Positions 5,348 to 12,847 of a DNA stretch of 21,703 bases are shown piece by piece. The stretch is from Okeania sp. Lineage in GTDB: Bacteria > Cyanobacteriota > Cyanobacteriia > Cyanobacteriales > Microcoleaceae. Both the position numbers and the translations under genes were made by a program. The stretch covers positions 1-21,703 of the forward strand of contig NZ_JAYKGW010000072.1 of NCBI RefSeq assembly GCF_035285525.1. Direction: 5' to 3'. Within the stretch, counting starts at the first letter, position 1. Each line of letters starts with the position of its first letter. Below the pieces are notes generated by a model. The model was not told where the DNA came from and searched no databases. It saw only the letters and a list, made by a program, of their open reading frames with translations.

Positions 5348-6247
5348 TCATATTACCTCTAGAAATAGTTGACTATTCAACCAATTCTCCACTTCTTCCA
5401 GAGTCTTGAAACCTAAAACTTCCTCTTCTAAAAGCTTAAATTGTTCCACAGATAAATCTTCCATTTTCATCTTAAATTCTCTAGGAATTTCTCCAAATTT
5501 ATGCTGAAGTTGAAGCAGAATTATTTCAGAATATGCCTTAGTTTGAGCAAAAATAATTCCTCCCTTATTGTCTTCAATAACCATTTCCTGCCTTTCCAAA
5601 AAATCTAATTCTTCTCTAGTTAAACTAGCGCGATTAGCAATATTTAAAGCCTCTTCTATTTCTGGCACTTCCCCTAAAGAATCGGGAATTACTTCTAAAT
5701 TAGGAGCATCTTTAAGAAAGTAAATCCACTTGTCGTTCAGGGTTTCTAATTCGGAAAGTTCCTTGTCAAATTTAGGTAATTCTAAAAAGATTAAGCTCAA
5801 TTCATCTCGGTAATTAAACTGCAGCTTGTCTTCTTTAAATCGAAATTTATTAATCATCTGAGAACTGTCTGGAAATAGCACAAAATCAGTAATCGTTAAA
5901 GCCAGATAAGGTCGTAAATTTGGATACTTTTCTCCTTTACCTAGTTGATTTCCGTAAGCTTTTGCTAAGTTATAAACTACTCGTTTCTCAAAAGCTTTGA
6001 CGTGAATTACCTGCATTTCTATAATGACGGTAGTACCATTATCTAATAATGCTTTTACATCCAGAAAGCTATCTTGAGAAACTTCAATTTTTCCTGGGTT
6101 GGCAGGGTCAATTATTGTTAGGGATTTAATAGTATTTGTGTTGTCGTAAATTATAGCATTGAGAAAGCTGATCGGGATGTTTTTATTCTTATCAGAAGCG
6201 AATATTTTTTTAAAAGCAAAGTCTGTTTTAGGGTCGATAAATCTCAT
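5348..6247 (-). CDS. Rpn-family recombination-promoting nuclease / PD-(D/E)xK putative transposase
   Basis: This is a 299-aa ORF. The N-terminus is MRFIDPKTDFAFKKIF, and the nuclease core is FLDV...VIIEMQV (D...E.Q). The helical C-terminal tail is as in the Rpn/Transposase_31 family. No terminal inverted repeats flank the gene. Confidence 0.8.
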   Translation of the reverse strand: MRFIDPKTDFAFKKIFASDKNKNIPISFLNAIIYDNTNTIKSLTIIDPANPGKIEVSQDSFLDVKALLDNGTTVIIEMQVIHVKAFEKRVVYNLAKAYGNQLGKGEKYPNLRPYLALTITDFVLFPDSSQMINKFRFKEDKLQFNYRDELSLIFLELPKFDKELSELETLNDKWIYFLKDAPNLEVIPDSLGEVPEIEEALNIANRASLTREELDFLERQEMVIEDNKGGIIFAQTKAYSEIILLQLQHKFGEIPREFKMKMEDLSVEQFKLLEEEVLGFKTLEEVENWLNSQLFLEVI

Positions 6248-6263
6248 ATTTATTTCTCCTTTT

Positions 6264-6307
6264 TTTGTGCAAAATCTTGAAAAGACTATACAACTTATTA
6301 TTATATA
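6264..6307 (+). repeat. Second copy of the ~45-bp promoter-like block seen at 2431-2472
   Basis: tttgtgcaaaatcTTGAAAagactatacaacttattattatata aligns with ttttggcaaacttTTGAAAacactatacaacttatttatata. No intact gene follows this copy on the + strand. Confidence 0.5.
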
Positions 6308-6313
6308 AATATT

Positions 6314-6489
6314 TTACTCATTAGTCATGTTTTTAATATGATTTATCAACCATTTATTGACTAAAATTTGTACGTCAGTTTTTCTCTGCCTTCGACATCT
6401 GGTTCGAGATAAATGGAGTAATTAAACTTAGCATCGGGATGGTAAAACTTGCCTGGTTTTGCTTGGGAAAAGTCGTATTCTAATTTCAT
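6314..6489 (-). pseudogene. Frameshifted remnant of a BrnA/CopG-type antitoxin (weak call)
   Basis: The ATG at 6489 gives MKLEYDFSQAKPGKFYHPDAKFNYSIYLEPDVEGREKLTYKF*. The (E)YDFS.AK.GKF...IYL.PDV pattern is typical of small RHH antitoxins. The expected C-terminal piece (ILVNKWLINHIKNMTNE*) is present only in another frame. Confidence 0.3.
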
Positions 6490-6659
6490 AATTACCTCTA
6501 TTGATAAACTTGAGTTTCAGTTCGTAGTTATCTGTAGGGGTTTGGTTTCCAAACCCAATAGACAGTATAAACAGTAAGCACAATAATTTCTGATGGTGCG
6601 TTAGCGACAACGTAACGCACCCTACTGGAGTGTTTCATCTAAAACTGTGCATTAGATAT

Positions 6660-7055
6660 TCTCCCTTATCTCCCTTGTCCTCCTTATCTCCCTTGTCCTC
6701 CTTATCTCCCTTATCTCCCTTGTCCTCCTTATCTACCTTGTCTCCCTTATCCTCCTTATCTCCCTTATCTCCCTTGTCCTCCTTATCTCCCTTATCTCCC
6801 TTGTCTCCCTTATCTCCCTTATCTCCCTTGTCTCCCTTATCCTCCTTATCTCCCTTATCCTCCTTGTCTCCCTTGTCCTCCTTATCTCCCTTGTCTCCCT
6901 TATCCTCCTTGTCTCCCTTATCTCCCTTATCTCCCTTATCCTCCTTATCCTCCTTGTCTCCCTTATCCTCCTTATCTCCCTTGTCTCCCTTGTCCTCCTT
7001 ATCTCCCTTGTCCTCCTTATCTCCCTTGTCCTCCTTGTCCTCCTTATCTTCCTTC
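6660..7055. repeat. Tandem array of a 9-bp unit TC(TC/CT)CCTT(A/G): 43 clean units plus 1 degenerate unit
   Basis: Units start at 6660+9n and I verified the register at 6732, 7020, 7029 and 7038. Only four unit types occur (tctccctta, tctcccttg, tcctcctta, tcctccttg), apart from one tctaccttg at 6732. The array ends 1-2 nt before the stop codon of the VOC gene (7057-7059). Confidence 0.95.
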
Positions 7056-7056
7056 T

Positions 7057-8073
7057 TTACTTACTAATTAAATTCCAAAAATAACCATCAGGAGCAACAA
7101 AAGAAAAACTCTGTTCCCCAAACTCATTATCAATAATATCTGTAATTTGTATCACTCCTGAATTTTTAATTCGCTCAAAATAATATTCTATATTATTAAC
7201 TCGATAAGTATACAAAGACATTCCTAAACAACCTGGTTGTGACTGATAATAACCAAACTCCAAATTAATATTTTCAGGAAACCGAATAATATACAATCTG
7301 CCAGATCGCGCTTTTTGCCAATCTGTGGAAGAGCGGGGATCGTCAAAAGCAGTCAGTGTAAATTTTTCCCCTGGTTGCAAATCAAAAATTTGTCTCGCTG
7401 CTTCCGAACTTTCATAAGAAGTTTCCGAGTTATCCCGCGATCGCAATAAACCCAACACATCCTCATAAAACTGCAAGGTTTCCTTACTATCATCCTGCAC
7501 TATCATCCCTACATGGGTAAATTGACTGGTTTTGAAAGTGCAATCAGGATTAATTTTGCCATATTCTGGCACTGTATAATTGAAACGTTGAAACAACACC
7601 TGGCGCGTCAATGGTTGCAACAACATCATTTCCCGGACTCCCACTGCGGGATCGATAAATGGGCGACCTTTATCTGTTTTATAAATTATCTCCCACTGGG
7701 GAAAAGTGTATTTGATTGGCAAACCTGCTAACTTGCCATCCTCAGCATGATTAAGAATATTCAAAACATCAGTAGTTAAACTTGTTGCCCAACGGTTGCC
7801 CAAAACTTTCATAGATGTCATTTGTAAACCTTGATTAATAGGTTTTTCCCAAACCATCAGGCGAATTAAACCATGATCGACATTTTGGTGATAGAGTCGA
7901 ATGGAACGCAAATTAGAATTGACTCCATATAAATTTTGAACCGTAGAAGCAGTTAATTCTCCTGTTTTGCCAATGCGATAACCAAATTGTTGCCAATATT
8001 GAATCATTGACAAAGGTTCAGTGGTACCGATACAGACTTCGTAGATACCTTCAATAGTGGGGTTATTATTCAT
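7057..8073 (-). CDS. Two-domain VOC (glyoxalase/bleomycin-resistance/dioxygenase) superfamily protein
   Basis: This is a 338-aa ORF. The second half begins FTHVGMIVQDDSKETLQFYEDVLGLL, a typical VOC beta-alpha-beta start. The first half (IEGIYEVCIGTTEPLSMIQYWQQFGY) looks like a second VOC module. Confidence 0.6.
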   Translation of the reverse strand: MNNNPTIEGIYEVCIGTTEPLSMIQYWQQFGYRIGKTGELTASTVQNLYGVNSNLRSIRLYHQNVDHGLIRLMVWEKPINQGLQMTSMKVLGNRWATSLTTDVLNILNHAEDGKLAGLPIKYTFPQWEIIYKTDKGRPFIDPAVGVREMMLLQPLTRQVLFQRFNYTVPEYGKINPDCTFKTSQFTHVGMIVQDDSKETLQFYEDVLGLLRSRDNSETSYESSEAARQIFDLQPGEKFTLTAFDDPRSSTDWQKARSGRLYIIRFPENINLEFGYYQSQPGCLGMSLYTYRVNNIEYYFERIKNSGVIQITDIIDNEFGEQSFSFVAPDGYFWNLISK

Positions 8074-8302
8074 ATTTTTTATAAATTTTATGGGAATTAG
8101 TTATAATCAAGCCTTAGTTTCTTTTTGGAAGTTTCAGAAGTGTTTCTGCTCTCACAAATTAGGGAGTGGTAGCTAACAACTGATAAAGCCATAATCCCAG
8201 AGTTTGATACTACTAAAAAAATGCTTTTATCCTGTTAAACATAATTCTCTCCTTTAATTTTATTAATGTGAAATAAACATCAATAAATCCGTATATCTGT
8301 TG

Positions 8303-8716
8303 TTAGGCAAAAGGGTTAATAATTCATGTCTTCTGTGCAACCAATTGATTATGCTGCAGATATTCTGAATAGAGAATAGTGCAGTTTTGCAGCAATGCTG
8401 CCCATAAAACTAAACTCTCCCAATCAGAATCACCGTAGTTATTATTAATTTCCAAAGCATTTCAAACAGTTATAGTATCAATTGCCCATACTTAAAAATT
8501 AGTTGAAAGTTCTATGATGATTTGTTTTGCCTCTTGCTAGGTTGTTAAATTCTTTTGAGTTAATACCTTGTAAAGTTCACCCAAAATCCGGGTACTAATG
8601 CTAATATAATCAAAGCGATCGCTGACTAGCTGTCTGGCTTTTGATACTTTATATTGGGGATTTTTAGCATATAAATAAACCCAAACATTAGTATCTATCA
8701 TTACCTTATATATCAT
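8303..8716 (-). pseudogene. PIN-domain (VapC-like) toxin gene with four in-frame nonsense codons
   Basis: I translated a single 138-codon frame by hand: MIYKVMIDTNVWVYLYAKNPQYKVSKARQLVSDRFDYISISTRILGELYKVLTQKNLTT*QEAKQIIIELSTNF*VWAIDTITV*NALEINNNYGDSDWESLVLWAALLQNCTILYSEYLQHNQLVAQKT*IINPFA*. The internal stops are at 8539-8537, 8494-8492, 8464-8462 and 8326-8324. No frameshift is needed to read the whole gene. Confidence 0.7.
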
Positions 8717-8920
8717 ATAATTCTCCCCGGTTAAATTGATAGTTATCTGGCCAAGCAAAAGAATATTCGTCTACTAACTGCCAAAATCTTTCCTTGTTAT
8801 CCTGAATAACATCTGCCTCTACTAAAATAACTTTAAGTTTTTTCCCTCTAATTCTGGACTAAGTTGTTCAGTAAATATCAGATTACCATTTTGACAAGTT
8901 GCTTGTAGAACTTTGTACAT
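8706..8920 (-). pseudogene. Cognate small antitoxin gene with a 1-nt frameshift in an A-run
   Basis: The ATG at 8920 follows AGGAG. Frame 1 gives MYKVLQATCQNGNLIFTEQLSPELEGKNLKLF*. Shifting one nucleotide at gggAAAAAAc (about 8837-8846) restores KKLKVILVEADVIQDNKERFWQLVDEYSFAWPDNYQFNRGELYDI*. That stop overlaps the PIN start (ATGATATATAA). Confidence 0.6.
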
Positions 8921-9055
8921 ATTAATTTACTCCTGCCATAATTTTAATTTTCTCTAACTTTTTAGTACAGTTATAGCCTAACTAATTATTTCATATCCAT
9001 AACACAAAATATAGAAATCCTATTTTATTTGTGTAGAAAAATCCTACTAATTTTA

Positions 9056-9109
9056 GGAAAAAGGGAATAGGGAGAAGTAATTTTTTTCCCCTACTCCCTA
9101 CTCCCTATT
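9056..9109 (-). terminator. Possible intrinsic terminator after the HtrA-like gene
   Basis: On the minus strand AAUAGGGAG (9109-9101) pairs with CUCCCUAUU (9074-9066), followed by CCCUUUUUCC. The loop is long at 26 nt. Confidence 0.4.
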
Positions 9110-9111
9110 TT

Positions 9112-10326
9112 CTAATAATTCATTTGTCCGCTAACAACAAATAACTGCTTTTCTCTACCATTTCGGAGGATTTTAAACTGCAATTTTTCACCTACACCAC
9201 TATTTTCAACTTTCCTCTGTAATTGTTCTGCACTAACTATTGATTGATTATCAATTTCCACAATTACATCTCCTATTCGGATCCCCGATTTTTCTGCTGG
9301 AGTACCAGACAATACTTTAGTAACTAAAACTCCTTCTACCTCTGGCAAAATTAAAACAGAATTAGGGTCACTATTATTTTCTTCAGCAACTTCTGGAGTT
9401 AAACTAATCATCTGAATACCAACAAAAGGATGAGGTACTTGTTCTCCACGAGCTAATACATCTTTAATTTCTTTAGCTTTATTGATAGGAATAGCAAAAC
9501 CAATTCCCATAGCATCAGCTCTAATTGCCGTATTAATTCCTATTACTTCTCCCTGAGAATTTAACAACGGACCCCCAGAATTTCCAGGATTAATTGCTGC
9601 ATCAGTTTGAATAAAATCTAATCTTTTATCAGGGATTCCTACTGCCGAACTAGGGCGTTTCAAACTACTAATAATTCCTAAAGTAACAGTATTATTAAAT
9701 CCTAAAGGATTTCCTACTGCTATTGCCCAATCTCCTACTTGTACTAAATCAGAATTACCTAAAGTTGCTACTGGTAAAATTTCTCCTTTAGTATCAACTT
9801 TAACTACTGCTAAATCTGTAATTTTATCTGTTCCTTTTACTTCTCCAACAAACTTTCTACCATCATTTAAACTAACAGTAACTTTGTCAGCTTCATCTAC
9901 TACATGAGCATTGGTTAAAATTATGCCTTTGGAGTCAATAATAAAACCAGAACCTTCACCTTTTAACAATTCTTGTGAAGGTGCCTGCATCCTGAAGTTA
10001 TTATCAAAAAAACGGTCAAAAAATGGGTCTTCAAAAAAAGCATTATTTGGACGAGTAATTAATCGTTCGGTGTCAATTCTCACTACAGCTAAACCAACTT
10101 TATTAACTGCTTCAGTAACAAAGCTATTACTATTTCTAGTATTAATATTTTCTGGTATAGCTTGCAATGCTAATAACTGAGGATTTGATAATCCGGCAAA
10201 TATTCTTGAAGTTGCCATTGCTGGTGACGTAGTTAAAGAAGCCACCATAAATGTAAAAGCTACAAAAGAGGCCAAAAATTGAGCTGTGATTTTGGTAGTT
10301 ATTCGACAAAAATTTAACAATCTCAT
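9112..10326 (-). CDS. HtrA/Deg (HhoA/HhoB-like) periplasmic serine protease with a PDZ domain
   Basis: This is a 404-aa ORF with a signal-like N-terminus (..FTFMVASLTTSPAMA). The S1C catalytic motifs are TNAHVV, DLAVVKV and GNSGGPLLN. A C-terminal PDZ-like segment is present (GVLVTKVLSGTPAEKSGIRIGDVIVEIDNQ). Confidence 0.9.
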   Translation of the reverse strand: MRLLNFCRITTKITAQFLASFVAFTFMVASLTTSPAMATSRIFAGLSNPQLLALQAIPENINTRNSNSFVTEAVNKVGLAVVRIDTERLITRPNNAFFEDPFFDRFFDNNFRMQAPSQELLKGEGSGFIIDSKGIILTNAHVVDEADKVTVSLNDGRKFVGEVKGTDKITDLAVVKVDTKGEILPVATLGNSDLVQVGDWAIAVGNPLGFNNTVTLGIISSLKRPSSAVGIPDKRLDFIQTDAAINPGNSGGPLLNSQGEVIGINTAIRADAMGIGFAIPINKAKEIKDVLARGEQVPHPFVGIQMISLTPEVAEENNSDPNSVLILPEVEGVLVTKVLSGTPAEKSGIRIGDVIVEIDNQSIVSAEQLQRKVENSGVGEKLQFKILRNGREKQLFVVSGQMNY

Positions 10327-10405
10327 AGTGTTAATATTGGATTGACTAAAGTGGTAAGTTTAGTGTTATAATATCACCAATGGTACAATATTATACTATA
10401 AATTT

Positions 10406-10774
10406 ATGGTAATATCTAATCAACAAAAAAAACAGGCAACTAATCACGAAGTTCAGGAGGATTTCAATTCTGAACATCACCATCATTCTTCTAGTCATCC
10501 TCATGTTCATAGCGAAGAATCTCTACAAAGTTTAATCAATAGATTATCAAGAATTGAAGGACACGTTAGAGGAATTAAAACTATGATTAAAGATAATCGT
10601 CCTTGTCCTGATGTCTTGATACAAATAGCAGCAGTTCGTGGTGCTTTAGACCGAGTAGCTCGCATGGTTTTGGATAATCATTTATCTGATTGTATTGCTC
10701 GGGCAACTCAAGATGGAGATATTGATGTAGAAATTGCTGCTTTAAAGTCAGCTTTAGACAGATTTTTACCTTGA
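10406..10774 (+). CDS. CsoR/RcnR-family metal-sensing repressor with a His-rich N-terminus (InrS-like)
   Basis: This is a 122-aa ORF containing LINRLSRIEGHVRGIKTMI..RPCPDVLIQIAAVRGALDRVARMVL.NHLSDC, with the C...H...C ligand pattern. An N-terminal tract SEHHHHSSSHPHVHSE is present. Confidence 0.85.
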   Translation: MVISNQQKKQATNHEVQEDFNSEHHHHSSSHPHVHSEESLQSLINRLSRIEGHVRGIKTMIKDNRPCPDVLIQIAAVRGALDRVARMVLDNHLSDCIARATQDGDIDVEIAALKSALDRFLP

Positions 10775-11023
10775 GGAAGGAAAAAGTAAGTAAGAAAAAA
10801 AAGACTTCAGTTATTCAGGAGAGAAGAAATAAATATGCTAAGTAGTTGTGCAAAATTACAGCGGATTCTAAGTTTATGTTATATAAATTGTAACACAGCC
10901 TTCTAGGCTGTTATATCTGTACCAGACTAAGATGGAATCCCCTGTAATTGCACATATTTAGAAATATAAATGTATAGTATAAAAGCCAAATACACTTTTA
11001 TAAAATATAGTCAAAAAAAAATT

Positions 11024-11701
11024 ATGTGGAAAAAAATAGCTTTTTGGTTACTTTGGATAGGGTTTGGTGTTTATGCTTTTGTACTTGCTCCACCCGATCA
11101 ACCAGATACTTTAGAATTAATCCAAAAACTCTCAACAGGTGAATGGGAAAATATTAATCCTTTGATTATTTCTCTATTCAATATTATGGGAATTTGGCCG
11201 TTAATTTATAGTTGTTTATTATTCTTTGATGGTAGAGAACAAAAAGTACCAGCATGGTTATTTTCTACTTTATCATTTGGAGTCGGAGCATTTGCGATTT
11301 TACCCTATTTAGGATTGCGTAAACCTAATCCAAATTTTTATGGAAAAAAGAATCTTTGGCTTAATATATTAGACTCTCGAATTTTAGGAATTGCTTTAAC
11401 ATTAGGTACAATTTTATTACTAATATATGGTTTAAAAAATGGCGACTGGGGAGATTTTATTCAACAGTGGCAAAGTAATAGATTTATTCATGTAATGAGT
11501 CTGGATTTTTGTATGTTGTGTTTATTATTTCCTACTCTATTAGGAGATGATATGAACAGACGAGGAATGGAAAAAAATCTCTGGTATTGGATAGCATTAA
11601 TTCCACTTTTAGGTCCGTTAATTTATTTGTCTGTGCGTTCCCCTTTATTAACAACTGATATCTCTACAATATCAGAACAAAAGCAAGTTATTGCCAATTA
11701 A
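11024..11701 (+). CDS. Multi-pass membrane protein of unknown function
   Basis: I prefer the ATG at 11024 (MWKKIAFWLLWIGFGVYAFVLAPP...) to the ORF-track start at 10970. Several hydrophobic segments are present. I cannot name a family. Confidence 0.6.
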   Translation: MWKKIAFWLLWIGFGVYAFVLAPPDQPDTLELIQKLSTGEWENINPLIISLFNIMGIWPLIYSCLLFFDGREQKVPAWLFSTLSFGVGAFAILPYLGLRKPNPNFYGKKNLWLNILDSRILGIALTLGTILLLIYGLKNGDWGDFIQQWQSNRFIHVMSLDFCMLCLLFPTLLGDDMNRRGMEKNLWYWIALIPLLGPLIYLSVRSPLLTTDISTISEQKQVIAN

Positions 11702-11755
11702 TAGGAAGTTCCGAAAAACAGATAAAAACAATTTCCTTTTTGGCAGAACAACCGT

Positions 11756-11783
11756 GTAGGGACGTTCCATGGAACGTCCCTAC
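11756..11783. terminator. 28-nt perfect palindrome between convergent genes (possible bidirectional terminator or dispersed repeat)
   Basis: gtagggacgttccatggaacgtccctac lies between the stop at 11701 (+) and the stop at 11796 (-). It is the same family as the palindrome at 3077-3104. Confidence 0.5.
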
Positions 11784-11795
11784 TTCCTCTATTAT

Positions 11796-12245
11796 TTAAC
11801 CTTTTTCACATTCTCGTTTTGTCACATCATGTCTGTACCGAAACATATCCTCCAGTCGAGAGTCTACCCACCAACCTAAAAAAGATTCTGCTAACCATTC
11901 TCCAGGTAAAGAGAAAGCGATCGCATCGGTTAATCTAGTTTGACCATTTTCCTCACTAAACTGATGACGATGAGTCCAACTTGCCATTGGACCTTCTTTC
12001 TGTTCATCAGTAAACAGATGATATTGTTCATATTCTGTATGTACGGCCACCCACTTCACAGGGATTGGACCGAGCCAAATCATAAATTCTGATAAGGCCC
12101 CTATTTCCAATCCCCCTTGACGACGAATAATTTGGACTGGTTGCCAAGGTGGGGTAAGTATTTGCAGAATATCGGAACGTTCGTGGAATTTCCAAACTGT
12201 CTCCACTGGAGCATTAATTAAAGTTGAATAGCGAAAGTGCAACAT
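11796..12245 (-). CDS. SRPBCC (START/polyketide-cyclase-like) family protein
   Basis: This is a 149-aa ORF. The sequence (MLHFRYSTLINAPVETVWKFHERSDILQILTPPW...WTHRHQF...GQTRLTD) is typical of SRPBCC ligand-binding proteins. Confidence 0.8.
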   Translation of the reverse strand: MLHFRYSTLINAPVETVWKFHERSDILQILTPPWQPVQIIRRQGGLEIGALSEFMIWLGPIPVKWVAVHTEYEQYHLFTDEQKEGPMASWTHRHQFSEENGQTRLTDAIAFSLPGEWLAESFLGWWVDSRLEDMFRYRHDVTKRECEKG

Positions 12246-12309
12246 ATTTAAACCGTTTACTTAATGTCAAAATTATCGTTTTTCTTTACAAATTTACCAA
12301 ACCATTAAC

Positions 12310-12440
12310 AGGACTTACCCATGGGCAAGGCAATTTTTCCGATACGAGCGACAGCGTTTCGCTCCGCGACATGAATGGGTCGCAGTCCGTCAGAATAGCA
12401 ATCTCAAACCCCTATTTTTCCTACCTCATGGGTAAATCCT
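12310..12440. mobile_element. MITE-like element with AGGACTTACCCATG terminal inverted repeats
   Basis: The left arm is aggacttacccatg (12310-12323). The right arm is catgggtaaatcct (12427-12440), matching 13 of 14 positions as an inverted repeat. The element is ~131 bp, non-coding and intergenic. Confidence 0.55.
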
Positions 12441-12510
12441 ATTAAATTTAAAACTAGGCATTTTATTAGGTGAATTTTCATTAGAGTTTACTTGTAGCTT
12501 CCAGCTATTG

Positions 12511-12701
12511 GTAGGGTGCGTTTTGCGTTCCGCAAAGCCGCGACATGAAAAGCGCAGCGTAACGCACCAATACTCTATATATAGTGCCTTTGCGTAATTG
12601 CTTATTAATTATAGGACTTACGCATGAAGCCTATTATTAGAGTGTGTTAGCGGTAGCATAACGCACCGACACGCTATATATGGTGCCTTTGCGTAAGTCC
12701 T
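12511..12701. repeat. Nested dispersed repeats, including an 89-bp MITE-like unit (12613-12701) with AGGACTTACGCA inverted ends
   Basis: aggacttacgca (12613-12624) pairs with tgcgtaagtcct (12690-12701). The block taacgcacc.a.ac.ctatatat.gtgcctttgcgtaa occurs twice, at about 12558-12598 and 12658-12698. A long gggtgcg...cgcacc hairpin lies at about 12514-12568. Confidence 0.6.
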
Positions 12702-12821
12702 GATTACAATTTACATGGCCACATGGAAAACTAGCGATCGCTCTCATCTATGATTGATCAGGGTTTTAGAGTTTTATAGTACACTTGGCAGGGGGAAGTT
12801 CAGATATATGGGATAATAGGC

Positions 12822-12847
12822 GGTGCGTTACATTTCATTAACGCACC
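12822..12847. repeat. ggtgcgtta...taacgcacc hairpin repeat overlapping the radical SAM stop codon
   Basis: ggtgcgttacatttcattaacgcacc has 9-bp arms. The same arm sequence recurs at 6596-6622 and, half of it, in the 12.5-12.7 kb cluster. Confidence 0.7.

Noticed and set aside
5348-6247. Rpn-family 'putative transposase' as an IS element
   Set aside because: I could find no terminal inverted repeats or target-site duplication around the gene. The family is better described as a PD-(D/E)xK recombination-promoting nuclease.
7045-7062. Programmed frameshift or read-through fusing the VOC protein to the K(G/E)D repeat frame
   Set aside because: The K(G/E)D frame is offset from the VOC frame, and it contains TAG and TAA immediately before the junction (within AATTAGTAAGTAAAG). 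A shift would therefore have to occur exactly at the last codon. There is no slippery heptamer and no supporting structure.
6630-7067. 145-aa + strand ORF (MFHLKLCIRY then SPL/SSL repeats) from the ORF track
   Set aside because: It exists only because the 9-bp tandem array is stop-free in this frame. It starts at a GTG with no RBS. The opposite-strand K(G/E)D frame is equally open. I treat it as a repeat, not a gene, and the possibility of translation is noted in the findings.
10383-10396. Perfect NtcA-type palindrome GTA-N8-TAC (GTACAATATTATAC) between the HtrA-like and CsoR-like genes
   Set aside because: For the + gene the site is only 10 nt from the start codon. For the minus gene the best -10-like hexamer (TAAACT, 10363-10358) is ~19 nt away instead of the canonical ~22 nt. 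In DNA this AT-rich a chance match is plausible, so it is not reported as a regulatory feature.
10836-10915. 23-codon ORF (MLSSCAKLQRILSLCYINCNTAF) and an aacagcc/ggctgtt hairpin downstream of the CsoR-like gene
   Set aside because: The ORF is too short and lacks an RBS. The hairpin has only a 7-bp stem and no following T-run, so the evidence is insufficient for either a gene or a terminator.
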